Source: Bigelowiella natans CCMP2755 (Eukaryota > Protista > Cercozoa). Taken from it: a DNA stretch of 50,999 nucleotides. Both the position numbers and the translations under genes were made by a program. The notes under the pieces are model-generated. The model saw only the letters and a list, made by a program, of their open reading frames with translations. It was not told the origin of the DNA and did no database searches. The stretch is taken from assembly GCA_000320545.1 (NCBI GenBank), contig ADNK01001811.1, positions 1 through 50,999 of the forward strand, read 5' to 3'. Positions 15,414 through 27,090 of this stretch are shown here, one piece after another (the stretch's first letter is position 1; each line of letters opens with the position of its first letter).

Positions 15414-15788
15414 CTCTCTCTCTATTTTTCTCTCTCTTTCTCTCTTTCTCGCTCCTTTCGCACCCAGCAGCCACGGTCTTAAAAATAAAGTGTTTCTCTT
15501 CGGAAACAACCTCCAGGAGTCGAGATCTGGGAGATTCCTCCCAATGGCCAAGGTAGCGTGTGTAGTCAATGATGGCATGCGCCAGTGCGAAATGCCTTAT
15601 CGATGGTGCGTGGCCAACTTAGGAATCACAGCCCTTCTAGCCATGAACATCCTGAGTGCTATCGGGGACGATCTTGATTTCGAGAAGATTTCGCACGGGT
15701 GTTATTGCAGATGCCAAAGCAATAAGCAATATGAGCTGCGCGCCCGCGCGCATAGACACATTGCATATAAGATTAGAGTAAATATCAT

Positions 15789-15828
<40 letters not shown>

Positions 15829-16015
15829 CATATTTACATAAAATTGCTTTTGTTGCGTTGGACGTCTAGATCTGCAGAGCACTTACACGTGCTAATCGAG
15901 GCGATGAGACTTGCGTTTGCGGATACGAGATGGTAGACAATTTCTGCGATTTCTGCGGATTCTAGAAGTTCTATTGAGGGCCAAACACGTCATATTGAAA
16001 CGATGATACTGAATG

Positions 16016-16051
<36 letters not shown>

Positions 16052-16735
16052 GTATATAATTGCACACGTTGCACTGATCTAAGATATGAATCGATTCTTA
16101 TTTCGAGATATACAGTGTGCAATGGCCATGAAATTTACCATTCGCCAACTGCATTTGATGTAATATATATAGGTATGTTGCGGACCCGGACGTTACCCAT
16201 GTACCTATCAAAGAGCTTCTTTCTAAGGTATTGCATATGGGAGAAGAGGGTTAAAAATCAATGACTTTGGGCTTGTGTCAGTGTCGGTTGGGAGGAATCA
16301 TCACCACTATTTTTCCGTTTGTTATGATAGTAAATCCTTGCACCGCGTGGCATCTTGTAATATGTTTCTCTTGAGTGAACTCTCGCAATCGCGAGATGGC
16401 ACGTTTACCTTGCTGCTCTGATGTGCGTGTCTTATTAAATTTTCCACTCGTCTTTGTGCGGAGTGCTTGTGTGAGTTTGTGCTCGTCTTCGTCGGAACGT
16501 GTTTTGTTGGTTCGAATTGCCCTTCATCCGATTTCTATTGTGCTATTTGGTAGGCGTATGCAGCAACGAGGGCCAAGCTTTTTGACCCCAAACGCGCTTC
16601 AGTTGACGTGAAAAAGGGAAGTCCGGTACCGTAATGATAGCGAGGAAGAGTACATGAAATTCGTACATTTAAACCTAGCACAAGCACACACACAGAGCGT
16701 GAGAGCGATTGAGAGGGGGCGGAAAGAGAGAGGGG

Positions 16736-16772
<37 letters not shown>

Positions 16773-16880
16773 AAAAAAGAGAGGAATATAGTGCAGTATA
16801 CCACTTCATCATTCTTCGCTGTCTTTATCTTTCTCTCTTCCACTCACGCGAGCGCGAGCTTGTTGTGCTTGTGTGTGTGA

Positions 16881-16914
<34 letters not shown>

Positions 16915-17400
16915 TAGGGTTATTATATTCGTGTACTCTATAGTATAGCCTGGTCTGAGCTAGTCTGTAATCAGGTTTCATCCAGTGGCACCGTGTCATT
17001 TTGCGTTGTTGATGACAACGGTAGTTGCACGGAGTGTTGTGCACTGAGAAGCATATGCGCCGCGCATTAGCTCAATTTCTTGTATTTACTCGATTCTCTG
17101 CGTTTTGATCCTGCGTCAATATAGGCGACGCTTGCTCGTTTATCCAGTCAAATTACCATGGTTTTGGGACAGGTCCTGCGTTTGTTGTTACCGCTGTATT
17201 TACTCTATCGTCCTTAGTAGTGCTGCTTATTTTATAGTGTCTAGATCAATGATTTGTATTCATAGTGCTGTGTATTTATGACGCATAAATCAATGTTGAT
17301 ATATGATGTATCTTCACGTTAGGAATCGTACCGAAAGGCTATGGATTTACTCTTCAAGTGCGTGAGCATATAAATACATGTGATATATGTACATGAATAT

Positions 17401-17439
<39 letters not shown>

Positions 17440-18900
17440 TATTATATGTTGTATAAAACAATGCTAGTTAGTTCGCAATGTTCGTCAAACTAATTTATCA
17501 ACGTTCGCAAATATTCAGGCAATTTTTGTATTGATTTGCTAAAAAGTCTCTTCGTTTTGTTTTTCTTCTTCCTCCTCCCCGCCCCCCCTTGTCGCCCCTC
17601 CTCGTCATGCCTATATGTGTGTCTACTCATCAGAACCGAGGATGCAACTTTTCGCTAGAAAAAGGACATCCGAACGTGGTAGTACTATCTGACAATGTAT
17701 ATTAATATATATATATATATATACATAAATATATATACATAAATATATATATATACAATATATATACATGTATTAGTTTGCATAAAGAGATTACGTAAGG
17801 GAAGTGTACGAGCTCATGTGTGGCGATTTTATTTTTATGTTTATCTTCGAAAATAGCCAAATGTCGCACAATTTGGCATGGATATCCTGCGTACATTGTT
17901 TTTCCCTAAAAGCCAATGCTCACGCCTCATTCAGGTTGCTCCGAAGAAGAGATCGTACCACACGATTATTCCAGGGCTGGCAACGAAGAGTGAGTAGTCG
18001 CGACCAATGTGACATATAACTTCTTTGCGTGCATGTTTTGTACCAACAGCCCAGGAAAGTCAAGCTATTCTATCTGCGTCTCTAATCACACAAAATACTT
18101 CAGATAACTAAAATGTGAAAATGATGCAAAGTTTTTACCACACTTTTACAGACGGAGAGTTGGTCGGGCCTTTCTCAGTGATGGGGGGGTTTATGCAGCC
18201 TCAGGTGCTAAAAGCACATAAACCTAGAGAATGCCATTCAAACCTTGATAATTGCATGATATTTTTGAAGTTGTATTTCATTAATTTCAGGGACACGTGC
18301 AGTTTTTGATCAATATATTGGAATATCGAATGAACCCGCAGATGGTAATTGATGGGTTGATTGACTAATAGTGTGCTAGAAGAGAGAGAGAGAGAGAGGG
18401 AGGCAGAGAGAGGAGAAAGACAGAGTTTTTGTTACTCGTACAACCAATTTGCCAACATAGTACAACGCTTACCTATCATCTCCCCGCTATCTTCTCTCGC
18501 ACCAATGCACATACCGCACTTGAACGAATGGGGCATATGGATGCAACTTAAAGGCATTGGATATGCCACGATTTTGCATTGAAGATGGAACAAGGTATCA
18601 TTAGTACATATATATTGTATACATACGTATATCTTGATATGCTTCAAACTTCCACTTGGTGAAAAACCCGTTGCCACACAGTAACGGCGTCGTAGCCGTC
18701 GAAGAGGGCGTCAATGAGGATGTGATAAAAAAACTCAAAGATATGGGCCACAAGATCAAGGTTCGTAGAGAAATAGTCACGCGGTTCGCACAAATGTAAA
18801 TACACACACACATGCATGAATCTATGCATGTATATATATGTATAGACATGTTCATGTACATGCATGCATAATATGTGATGAGTTCTTTCATACATTTACT
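700..18900. repeat. Dense intronic microsatellites (TA)n, (CA/TG)n, (GA/TC)n, (CAT)n, poly-G/C (also 42150-50999)
   Basis: Seen directly in most introns of LACS, GGT, the Ubl-domain gene and the AKAP17A-like gene, e.g. 700-756, 3240-3695, 6355-6430, 15254-15450. Confidence 0.95.
9005..9790. repeat. Intergenic tract rich in GCTAGC/GCCAGC/CATG motifs
   Basis: Repeated gctagc, ctagctag, gccagc and gcatgc words (e.g. 9227-9280, 9452-9477, 9647-9672); (AACAATG)n at ~9515-9540. Similar vocabulary at 40920-41465. Confidence 0.5.
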
Positions 18901-19329
18901 GGAAATACTAATTGAGGTCATGGATTATTCGAAAGTATTTCAAAAGAAGAACATATGTCATGCATGCACATCATGCACAATGACGAATCATCACACCATG
19001 TTTCACATTTCAAGGTTGTGCGAGGACATGCTCGAAAGGTGGCCCATGCAGTAGGAAATGCTGTTAGCAACGATAAATCACAGAGAACTCTGCACATAGA
19101 CGAAAATACCACCACACAGTGTTTGTTGTCAAGGAGAACGAAAGAGAGGAGAGCAGAACTGCGATCATCAGTCCACACGTGACGGTGCAATGTGCCCTGT
19201 GTTGATCGTTAGGTTTTTGGGAGGGGACAAGCGATTTTGAAAATGACAAATGGGTGTTGTTTGGGAGGAAGTGATGGAAGATCTGATGGATGTGCTCTTG
19301 GGTTCACGTCCAACGTTTCGGATGAATGA
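10071..19329 (+). CDS. ggt: Gamma-glutamyltranspeptidase (Ntn hydrolase, YwrD-like subgroup), more than 30 exons, with probable N-terminal EF-hand extension
   Basis: Spliced exons: [17 protein letters not shown] (11150, 11409); [12 protein letters not shown]; [19 protein letters not shown]; GINGSGRSP; [13 protein letters not shown]; [13 protein letters not shown]; [10 protein letters not shown]; WEIPPNGQG; EAMRLAFAD; catalytic-Thr exon [13 protein letters not shown] (16975-17020) then [17 protein letters not shown]; NRGCNFSL; [10 protein letters not shown]; [14 protein letters not shown]; last exon VFGRGQ...[13 protein letters not shown] (19213-19329). The joining of the 5' exons (10071-10972) is less certain. 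Confidence 0.92.
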
Positions 19330-21234
19330 AAGTGCAAATTTCAGGAATGAACAGCTTGTTGGCAAGCACAATTGAAAAGTGATCGGTCATCGGTCATGAA
19401 TGTTCACTGCAACGTGGTGTGCATGCAATTCTTTCCATTTTTCACGATCAACATCGAGATGGCCGGGAGGCAGCAAGCACCTCTGGACCTCGCAGCAAGC
19501 TGCAAATTGTGCGTGTCGCGTTCACTCTGAAGTGCACGTCGCCATCGTCAGCGGCGTGTGCCAATGGGGACGCGCCGAGCGCGCGTTTGCCATCAGCTGA
19601 CGAGTTGAGAGACGTGGCCCTGTCCAACTGTGACAGGAGGTTCCCGTGCCTGCTTCAACTTTGCACGGGGCCCGTCGAGACAGCAATCCACGATGTTTTT
19701 GTCCTGCTGTGCTGGCGGAGTTGAGGTGCGTGCAGCAGCAGCGCAAGGCCAACGGCCAGTGTGACGTGCAACGTGGCAAGAGCAAGTGCAAAACGATGGT
19801 TGTCACGGAAGCTTTGATGAACTTGGAGCTGGTTGCGTTGGCTTTTCAGTTCTGATGGCGTTTGAGTTGAGTGTGCGTTTGAGTTGCGCGTCGTTCTGCG
19901 GTCTTTGTCACCTGCTGCACGAACACCGCGACGTGCAGAACGCTCTTGGACTTGCAAGCTTGTCAGAGAGCGTTGCCAGTCCGAGGAAGAACGCGAAAAC
20001 TTTGCAAGAACGCATGAGCTTTCCACGCGCGTCTTGGCGCGTCTTGGCGCGCTCTGAGACCGTTCCACGAGCGACGCACATCGTGTCGCTGTGAAACGTC
20101 TCAGGTGCAAAACTGCTTTCTCAAACTTGACACTGCTTGCGCTCGTACGTGTCGCAAGCTTGCAATGCAATGCTGTCGCAAACGAACGAGTTGACCACAA
20201 CGCATCGTGTGCGACTCTTGCAACTCACTTTGGTGAAGGGGGGCGGGGGGTGTGGCGCTCAGTTCGACGTCACAGCCCAGCTTTGCTCCTCCCCCTTTCG
20301 AACGACAATCCCAGGCCCGGTTGCGGAGGAGGAAGGCACCGTTTCCAGCCGAGAGCAAGAGGCAACAACAGAGGCGCACCCTGCAGAGGAGGCTTCGGTG
20401 GAGGAGGCTTCAGAAGAGGAACCGGGAAACCGAAACCCGTCTAGCCCGTGCCAACAAAACGACGACCAGTGTCAGAACGATGGGCAGTGAAGGAGGTGGT
20501 GCAGTTTTTCCCACTGCACCCTTGCGTCACCTCCGCCTCCAGTCGGTTTCGTGATGACGAGGACCAGAGGAGGCCAGGAGGGCTTTGTGACCTTCGGCCA
20601 CAAACGACGACGCAAAGAACTTTGCGTGCTCCGCCCACGTCGCGGGGTGTGCACACCAGGCCAACAACGGCAACAAGTCCTCAACTTTGCAAGGTGAGGA
20701 GAAAAACAACGAAGAGCAGAGGCAGAGGAAAGCGAGGAGACGTCCCACGCCATGCCAAGCTGGCAAGCTCTTGCAACTTTGCCGCCACCCACGTTTCAGC
20801 TGAGTTCTTCGACAACGACGACCTGGACAAGAAGGCCTCTCCGCTGCGGAACACGATCGACGCAGGAAACGTGCACACCCTGGCCAGCTGGTCCAGGTCA
20901 GCTTGGACGTCGTCGCCTGAGGTCAGAGTGTGGAGCGACGCCAATCGCAGCCCCCGCGGGCCTGCGAAGCCCAAAACGAGCCAAGACAAAGCGCCGCCGC
21001 ATGGCACGATGCGGTGCCCGTGTCGCGAATCCTGAGTGCACAGGTGCACCTCAAAGGAGTTTGCGTGTGTTGCTCACTTCGTTGGCAGCGTCTTGCACAT
21101 GGATGGGGAGGATTGGCGAGACCGTCCACACCAACGTGCATGGCACCACCTTTGAAGAAGAATTTGTGGTCTGATGATTTGACAAGAGCCATGCAGCTCA
21201 AAAATCTTGGGTTCCTTCCGTCCTCTCAAATCAC
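19212..21234. mobile_element. TpA-depleted degenerate repeat block A (probable mobile-element or viral relic)
   Basis: Only 2 TpA seen (20146, 20442). Overlapping Tyr-poor ORFs in all frames. Several segments are paralogous to block B (24666-24940, 27945-28700). Confidence 0.75.
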
Positions 21235-21772
21235 TAGCATTGGATCAAGTTTGCCAAGCATTGCAATCACATGGATGCGCCCGAGGACAATGCAAGGAGC
21301 AAGGAGGCACCACATGCTAGCAAACACCAGCATGCAATGCATGCCAGCATGTGGTGTATTGCATGTCCATCATGGTGTCGTGAAAGACATGTGTCATCTC
21401 CTTCAATGCGAGGTGTGCGAAAACCAACTGCTCAGCATTGCGCAATCAATTGAACGCCATTGTGAATCGAAACGATGAGACGAAGCTACTGACTGAAGCA
21501 GAAAAATGGGCAAGAACAGCTGCGCGCCACTGCACGCACATCGACGACCGGACATGGATGCTTTTGAACGAATGCATTGCAACACACAACAGAAGAGACA
21601 AACAGTCACAAAATGAGTGCTGTAGCTGCTGCTTTGCATGGCTGCACCAGGATGCGCATTGAAAAGATTTGGTCACTTCAGTCACATCCGTCTCATGCAT
21701 GGCAAGCATCTATATTAGGATGATTATTGAAAAGATTTAATCATGCACTTCATTACACGCATCTCACATGCA

Positions 21773-21897
21773 ATGTGCATTTCTATGTGTCCACTGTCAG
21801 TGAATGGGCAGGGGATCCAGCATGCGCATTGCGTCCGTCTCATGTGCATTCTATGTGTCCTCTCTCAATGAATAGGCAGGGGATCAAGCATGCGCAT
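21773..21897 (+). repeat. Imperfect ~57-bp direct repeat, 2 copies
   Basis: atgtgcatttctatgtgtccactgtcagtgaatgggcaggggatccagcatgcgcat (21773-21829) vs atgtgcattctatgtgtcctctctcaatgaataggcaggggatcaagcatgcgcat (21842-21897). Confidence 0.85.
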
Positions 21898-22087
21898 GCA
21901 TGCACTATTGGATGCATACATGCACATGTTAGGCTTTGATTCGTCTTGTGTATAAACAAGATATCAGGTCACACTTTGCCCTTTATCAATTTGTCATTCA
22001 CAATCAATTATAACATCCTGTGCAACATTAGTTATCAATAACAACACGGCACCGACTGGATAGCATCATAATTGCTTTCCTTACAAA

Positions 22088-23263
22088 TTATAGGAGTGTA
22101 CGAAACTTCTTCAGAGCCTTAAAGGTGATTCGATTCGAATTATGATAGCTGACTGCTCCACGATAGGCGGTTCGCACCACGTACAAAATGTCGTTTCCAT
22201 CTATTCTCCAGTCCACGTAGTGAAAGCCTGTGAAACGTACCGAGTCGTCGGGAGCGAATCCCGTGTCATCTTCAAGAAGGGTTACAACCTCCCTCCACTC
22301 TCGGAGATCCTTGGAGGCGTAGAGTTTCAGAATATTGCGCTGGTCAATATAGCTCTCATTCGTATTGGGGTTGGCGAGGGTCAGATAGTAGCCTGTAACC
22401 TTGTCCCTGCGTACGACGAACTTGCTGTGACCCCCGGGGAGGTCAACGAACGAGTCGAAAGATAGAACGTTTTGGGCGACATCAAAGCGTAGCAACACGG
22501 CCTTGTTTCCAGGGTATGGCCGAGAATTAAACCTTAATAGGTCATATATTTCTCCGTCAGGTCCTTCGATCATATTTCCCTCTAAATATCCTGGGTTCTC
22601 TGGGCGGGGTGACCACGACTCCGGCATCCATGAATCGTTAAACGGAAGAGGCTTGCTAAGTGTCCAAGAGGAAGGATCAGTTAGATTCATCCCTGCATCA
22701 GTGTGGAGCACGACCGCTTCGTAGTCTCTGCCCCACTGAAACGGCGGGCGAAGACGCTCCATCGCACGGTACAATCTACCCTTAGAAGATATAAGCGTTG
22801 GTGTGGGCCCGGTCTCATAGCTTGCATTTCCTGATACTTCCCCAAATAGTATTACAGCATCCTCATCTTTCCATGTTTGTCCCATATCGTGGCTCATAGC
22901 GAGCTTGATAGGAGCTGGACCGTCGGTCGCGGTTCCAAGAAGGTACACGTTGGTGGAGTTAGAGTCGACCTGAAAGAGGTTGCTCCAGTATTGGTTCTTT
23001 ACCCACGTAACAAATTGCCACGTATCTCCTTCATCCGTAGAACGATATACGCTCACGTTTCTTTGCGTGTGAAATCCATCGCCGAACCGATCTGCAGACG
23101 CGAGTAGGTCGCCGGAGGGCAGGCGTAGGATGCTGGGTGATCCAAGAAAGACATTTGTTCTTTCGGGCTGCCAAGCTATTTCTCGTAGGTCCAATGAGCT
23201 ATCAGGGATCAATCTTGCACGGCCAGACCCTAGGATGATGAGAATTGCAGAGAGGAGAAGCAT
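22088..23263 (-). CDS. Secreted Asp-box (BNR) beta-propeller glycoside hydrolase, exo-alpha-sialidase-like, intronless, 391 aa
   Basis: Uninterrupted ORF. Signal peptide MLLLSAILIILGSGRA from ATG 23263; GSPSILRLPSGDLLAS motif; Asp boxes RSTDEGDTW, MSHDMGQTW, ASKDLREW; C-terminal GFHYVDW..DGNDILYVVRTAY...SYHNSNRITF typical of bacterial sialidase-like proteins. The 47 extra upstream codons in the ORF track lie in the stop-poor TpA-free zone. Confidence 0.88.
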   Translation of the reverse strand: MLLLSAILIILGSGRARLIPDSSLDLREIAWQPERTNVFLGSPSILRLPSGDLLASADRFGDGFHTQRNVSVYRSTDEGDTWQFVTWVKNQYWSNLFQVDSNSTNVYLLGTATDGPAPIKLAMSHDMGQTWKDEDAVILFGEVSGNASYETGPTPTLISSKGRLYRAMERLRPPFQWGRDYEAVVLHTDAGMNLTDPSSWTLSKPLPFNDSWMPESWSPRPENPGYLEGNMIEGPDGEIYDLLRFNSRPYPGNKAVLLRFDVAQNVLSFDSFVDLPGGHSKFVVRRDKVTGYYLTLANPNTNESYIDQRNILKLYASKDLREWREVVTLLEDDTGFAPDDSVRFTGFHYVDWRIDGNDILYVVRTAYRGAVSYHNSNRITFKALKKFRTLL

Positions 23264-26200
23264 GCCGAAGCAAGGGGGGGAGGGAAATCCCTCGAGATGC
23301 GAATTCTGCTGCGACACTGTCCTGATGATGTCGCAAGTGAAAAGTTGATGACATTTCTCCCAAAAAGATGGTTTCCTTTCCCAAAATGGCACCTGGCATT
23401 CCATCAGAGAGCACAGAATTGAAAATCAGCAGGGGTGGGGAGGGGATTGAAGTGTGGCCGCAAAACCAACACAAACTTTTGACACCGCTGAATTGAAAGT
23501 GATGATTGGTGAAACCTGATGAAATCTCCTGAAACACCACCTGCCAGGAACGGAGTCCATCGAATCGAAGACGTTGGGTCCTGGATCGAATTGCGCGTGT
23601 GCGAACTGCACTCACTTGTGCCCAAGGTTCTGGGGAGGCAGACGAACTCAAACGTGCATTGAGACTTGTGAGGGAACGTGAAAGGAGAGTGCAGCGTGGG
23701 GAGAATTCCAGAGAGGTTTGCGAGGCGATGCACCGGAGACAGCTTCGAACGTCTTGTTTGAAAAAACGCGGAAAAGCACTTGGAAGCTGCTTTCTGCAAG
23801 GAAGAAACCGAGAGGAGCTGTGAGGCAAGCCATGTCAGTGTTGCTGCACCATGCTCAACGCTGTTTGAAGCGTTGTGTGTTGCGAAAGCGAGCTCGAGCA
23901 GTTTTTTTTCATCCCACAACCAGGCAAACTTTCACGGAATTGTTTGCAGGGCACGCTGATGCAAACGAAAGCAGCACTGGCAGACTCAAAGTCACGTTGT
24001 CTGGTGCGTCCACTGCGGATGCAAGTGTGAAGCTCGGAGCCACCTTGGACACAACAGACTCGAAGGAGCGAAACTGGTTCTGTCGTGGATGCCACGGCCA
24101 GCACGGGTCCCAGCTTCTCGACGTGAGAGATTGCTCCTTTGTCAAGACAGGTCCTTCACGTGCACCCAGGAATGCTGTTGCACTCACCTGGAAGGCACAG
24201 AAGACCGCTCACCTTGGTGGGAAAGGGGTGGAGCGTGGGACCCAGTGTGGCAAGCTTGCACGTCACGTGCCAAGGAACACAGTTCCTGTTCGTCCCCACA
24301 AGAAGCACAGGAAAAAGCCACAATGGACCTTGGTCAGCAAGCACAATTCGCGTGTTTGTGGCCGTGCACTTCAGTTCAATTGGTGCGTCCTTCACTTTGT
24401 CTGTTGCCAGGTTGCACTCATCGTGCAAACTGTTGGCCGCTTGTTGGCACTTCCATTCCCTGGGTTGCGCCCCTGCTCCACACGCCGCACGGCCAAGCGT
24501 GCGCACGCTGTGTGGTGGCGCAGCGCTGCGTGTGGCATCGGCACAGTGCAGAGCGCATGGCTGCGAAGTTTCCATGCAAAAACCGCGGTGTGTGATGAGC
24601 TGAGCGCACACCGCGGCTGCGGTGTGTCCTTTTCGGCTGACGAGTTGCACTGTCGTCGACACGTGGAGAGCATTGCCAGTCCGAGGAAGAACGTGAAAAC
24701 TTTGCAAGTTTCGAGTGACAATCCCAGGCCCCACCAGCCCACTGCGGAGAAGGGATGCATCGTTTCCAGCCGAGAGCAAGAAGCAACAACACTGGTGAAC
24801 TTTGCAGAGGAAGCTTCGGTGGAGGAGGACTCGGAAGAGGAATCGAGAACCGAAACCCGTGCCAACACAACGACAACCAGTGCCAAAACGGTGGACAGTG
24901 AAAAAGGTGGTGCAGTTTTTTCCACTGCACCCTTGCGTCTCTGTGGTCTCCAATGGCCGTGCAGCGCACGCACGTGCGAACGTGTGCAGCTCCACGCGCT
25001 CGTTTTTTGCCACGTCTGGACGCGTGGTGCACTCGTGCGCACACTCACTTCACCCACGCGCGTGCCAAAGTGCACAAAGCAAGTGTTCTCTGAGCAACGT
25101 GTGCACGCACTGCCCGCAAAGTCCGCAATGACACGAACTTGCGTCGTGCACACGTGGTCGAGCACTTGGACGTGCTTGCAAATCGGACGTGCACTTTTTC
25201 ACTCGTTTCGTGTGCACAGCATCGCTTTTGAGAACACGTGCAGCACCTCGTGCAATGACGTGTTCGTCAATGCTTTTCGTGAATCCAAACCACACCACGA
25301 CAAGGGATCAGGAGGACGAAATTGCTGAAAGGAAGAGTCGTGTCGAGAACAACACGCCTCTGAAGTCTCAACAACGACGCTTCGTTGGACAGCCTCCAAA
25401 AGCCAGGAAGCCTCACGCGAGGGTGGTTCCACGACCACCTTTCTCAACCAAAGCAGGAAACCACCGTGTGTGAAAGAAAAAAGTGCAACGTGGTGGAGTT
25501 CGAGGACACCACAAAAGCCTCAGAACTTGCTCGTTTTCTCAAGGACCAAGAGTTTGCTGTGTTTTTGGGGTTCGCGCGGCACTTCAGGCTGCCAGGCTGC
25601 CAGGCTGGTCGAGAAAGATGACAGCTGTCGCACAAGAGTCAAGACTGTTGAGGTGACAGGAAACTTCCCACCAGCGACCACGGCTGTGCCACACAGGACT
25701 GCTCGTGTGCACTTTTGTCGTTCACGCAAGAGGAGCACCTGTGATGCAAAGGTCAGGAAAAATCACAGAGCACGAGAGTGTCTTGCAAGAGAGCAGACGC
25801 CGTTCACCAAGTTGACGTGTGACCACCTGGAGAATTGCGTGAGCAGGAATTGTGATCGCGACAGTTTTTTGCCAATTTGTGCGTGCACACGAAGCACAAG
25901 CTGAACTTTTCCAACTCCCATCAATCGAACACAGGTGCGTCAAGCCTCGTCTGGACCTCTGGTTGGGGCACAGGATGGGGGCGCGAGAGGCAGTGCCATG
26001 GATCTGCGCTGTCTTCAACTGTTTTCCTCTTGTGTCATGGCACTGACAGAACCACAAAAAAGGAAGAAAGCTGTTTCGTTGCCGCCAAGGTTCTTCAGAC
26101 AAGCAGTGCTGAATCGAGGGGATGCGCCAAGATTTCACTGGGTGACGATCCAGCATTGGGTGGCCTCGTCTGTGATCGCGCGAAGTGGCGCTCAGGACAA

Positions 26201-26361
26201 CTGTGGTGGCGCGCGCACGAGGACATTGCATTGCGCTGGTTCAGCCAGAATGCATGCGTGATCGATGGTGAACTGTGGTGCGTCAGAAGTGCGTGAGAAC
26301 CTTCCTGAGAACTCTCACGCAGGCAATTCTGAGCACGTTCTGCGCTGTTTCTCAGATTGGT

Positions 26362-26496
26362 CTGATCAGCGGAGTGCAACTTCACAATTCAAAGTTGCAC
26401 ATTGCTGATCAGGTGACCACACGTGCCATGGCACGATTTGCACACGCATGGAACAAAGTCAACAACACAATTCAAAGTTGCACGTTGCTGATCAGG
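26362..26496. repeat. Imperfect 21-bp-arm inverted repeat overlapping a 31-bp direct repeat
   Basis: ctgatcagc-gga-gtgcaactt (26362-26382), loop cacaattca, aagttgcac-att-gctgatcag (26392-26412). cacaattcaaagttgcac[a/g]ttgctgatcagg at 26383-26413 and 26466-26496. Confidence 0.85.
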
Positions 26497-27090
26497 CACT
26501 GCAGCTGATGTCTGAGCGGTTGCACGGTCAAAAGTCTGTTCAAAACGCACAAAACTTGCACAGGTTTGCCACGATGTGGTCACCACGACCCGTCCGTTGT
26601 TGAAGAACGTCGTGCACTGTTTCCACTGGCACCACACGTGTTTGTGGGGCTCGTTTGCACGTCAACACAGCTGGACAGCGAAAGTGTTCGTTTTGCAGTT
26701 CGTTTTCTTCACTGTCACTGGGAACGCATTGAAACACACGCATTGCCATCACTTGTCACTGTTTTTTCCTCAGTGTTGAGCAACAGCAACAGTGAAGTGA
26801 CACGCACGTGTGCAAACGGAGTGGAAACTGAACTCCAAACAATCCCAATTTTGTTCAGAAAACACCACAAATCGACAAGAGAAAAATCCAAACGCCAAGT
26901 GGAACTTTTTCGAACGTTGTCGAAATTGCAAACGTCGCGTGTCCCGTTTTGCAGTGCGACGTTGAAAACGCGACACTTCAGAATTGTCACACTTCTGCCA
27001 CTCCGCACTGCCGTGAAGACGATTGCAACGAAGTGCAGGTCACTCTTCACCTGCGACAACTCCTCGTTCTTCGACAGCTTTTGCTTCCAA

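Noticed and set aside
15085-15936. 283-aa ORF and many [16 protein letters not shown] ORFs
   Set aside because: Read-through of intronic microsatellites joining short true GGT exons; not real proteins.
23264-23404. 47-aa N-terminal extension of the sialidase-like ORF
   Set aside because: Lies in the stop-poor TpA-free zone; the signal peptide begins at ATG 23263.
26230-26296. WFSQNACVIDGELWC resembles ATP-dependent DNA ligase motif III (LDGELW)
   Set aside because: No KxDG motif I or later motifs found nearby; a single short match is insufficient.
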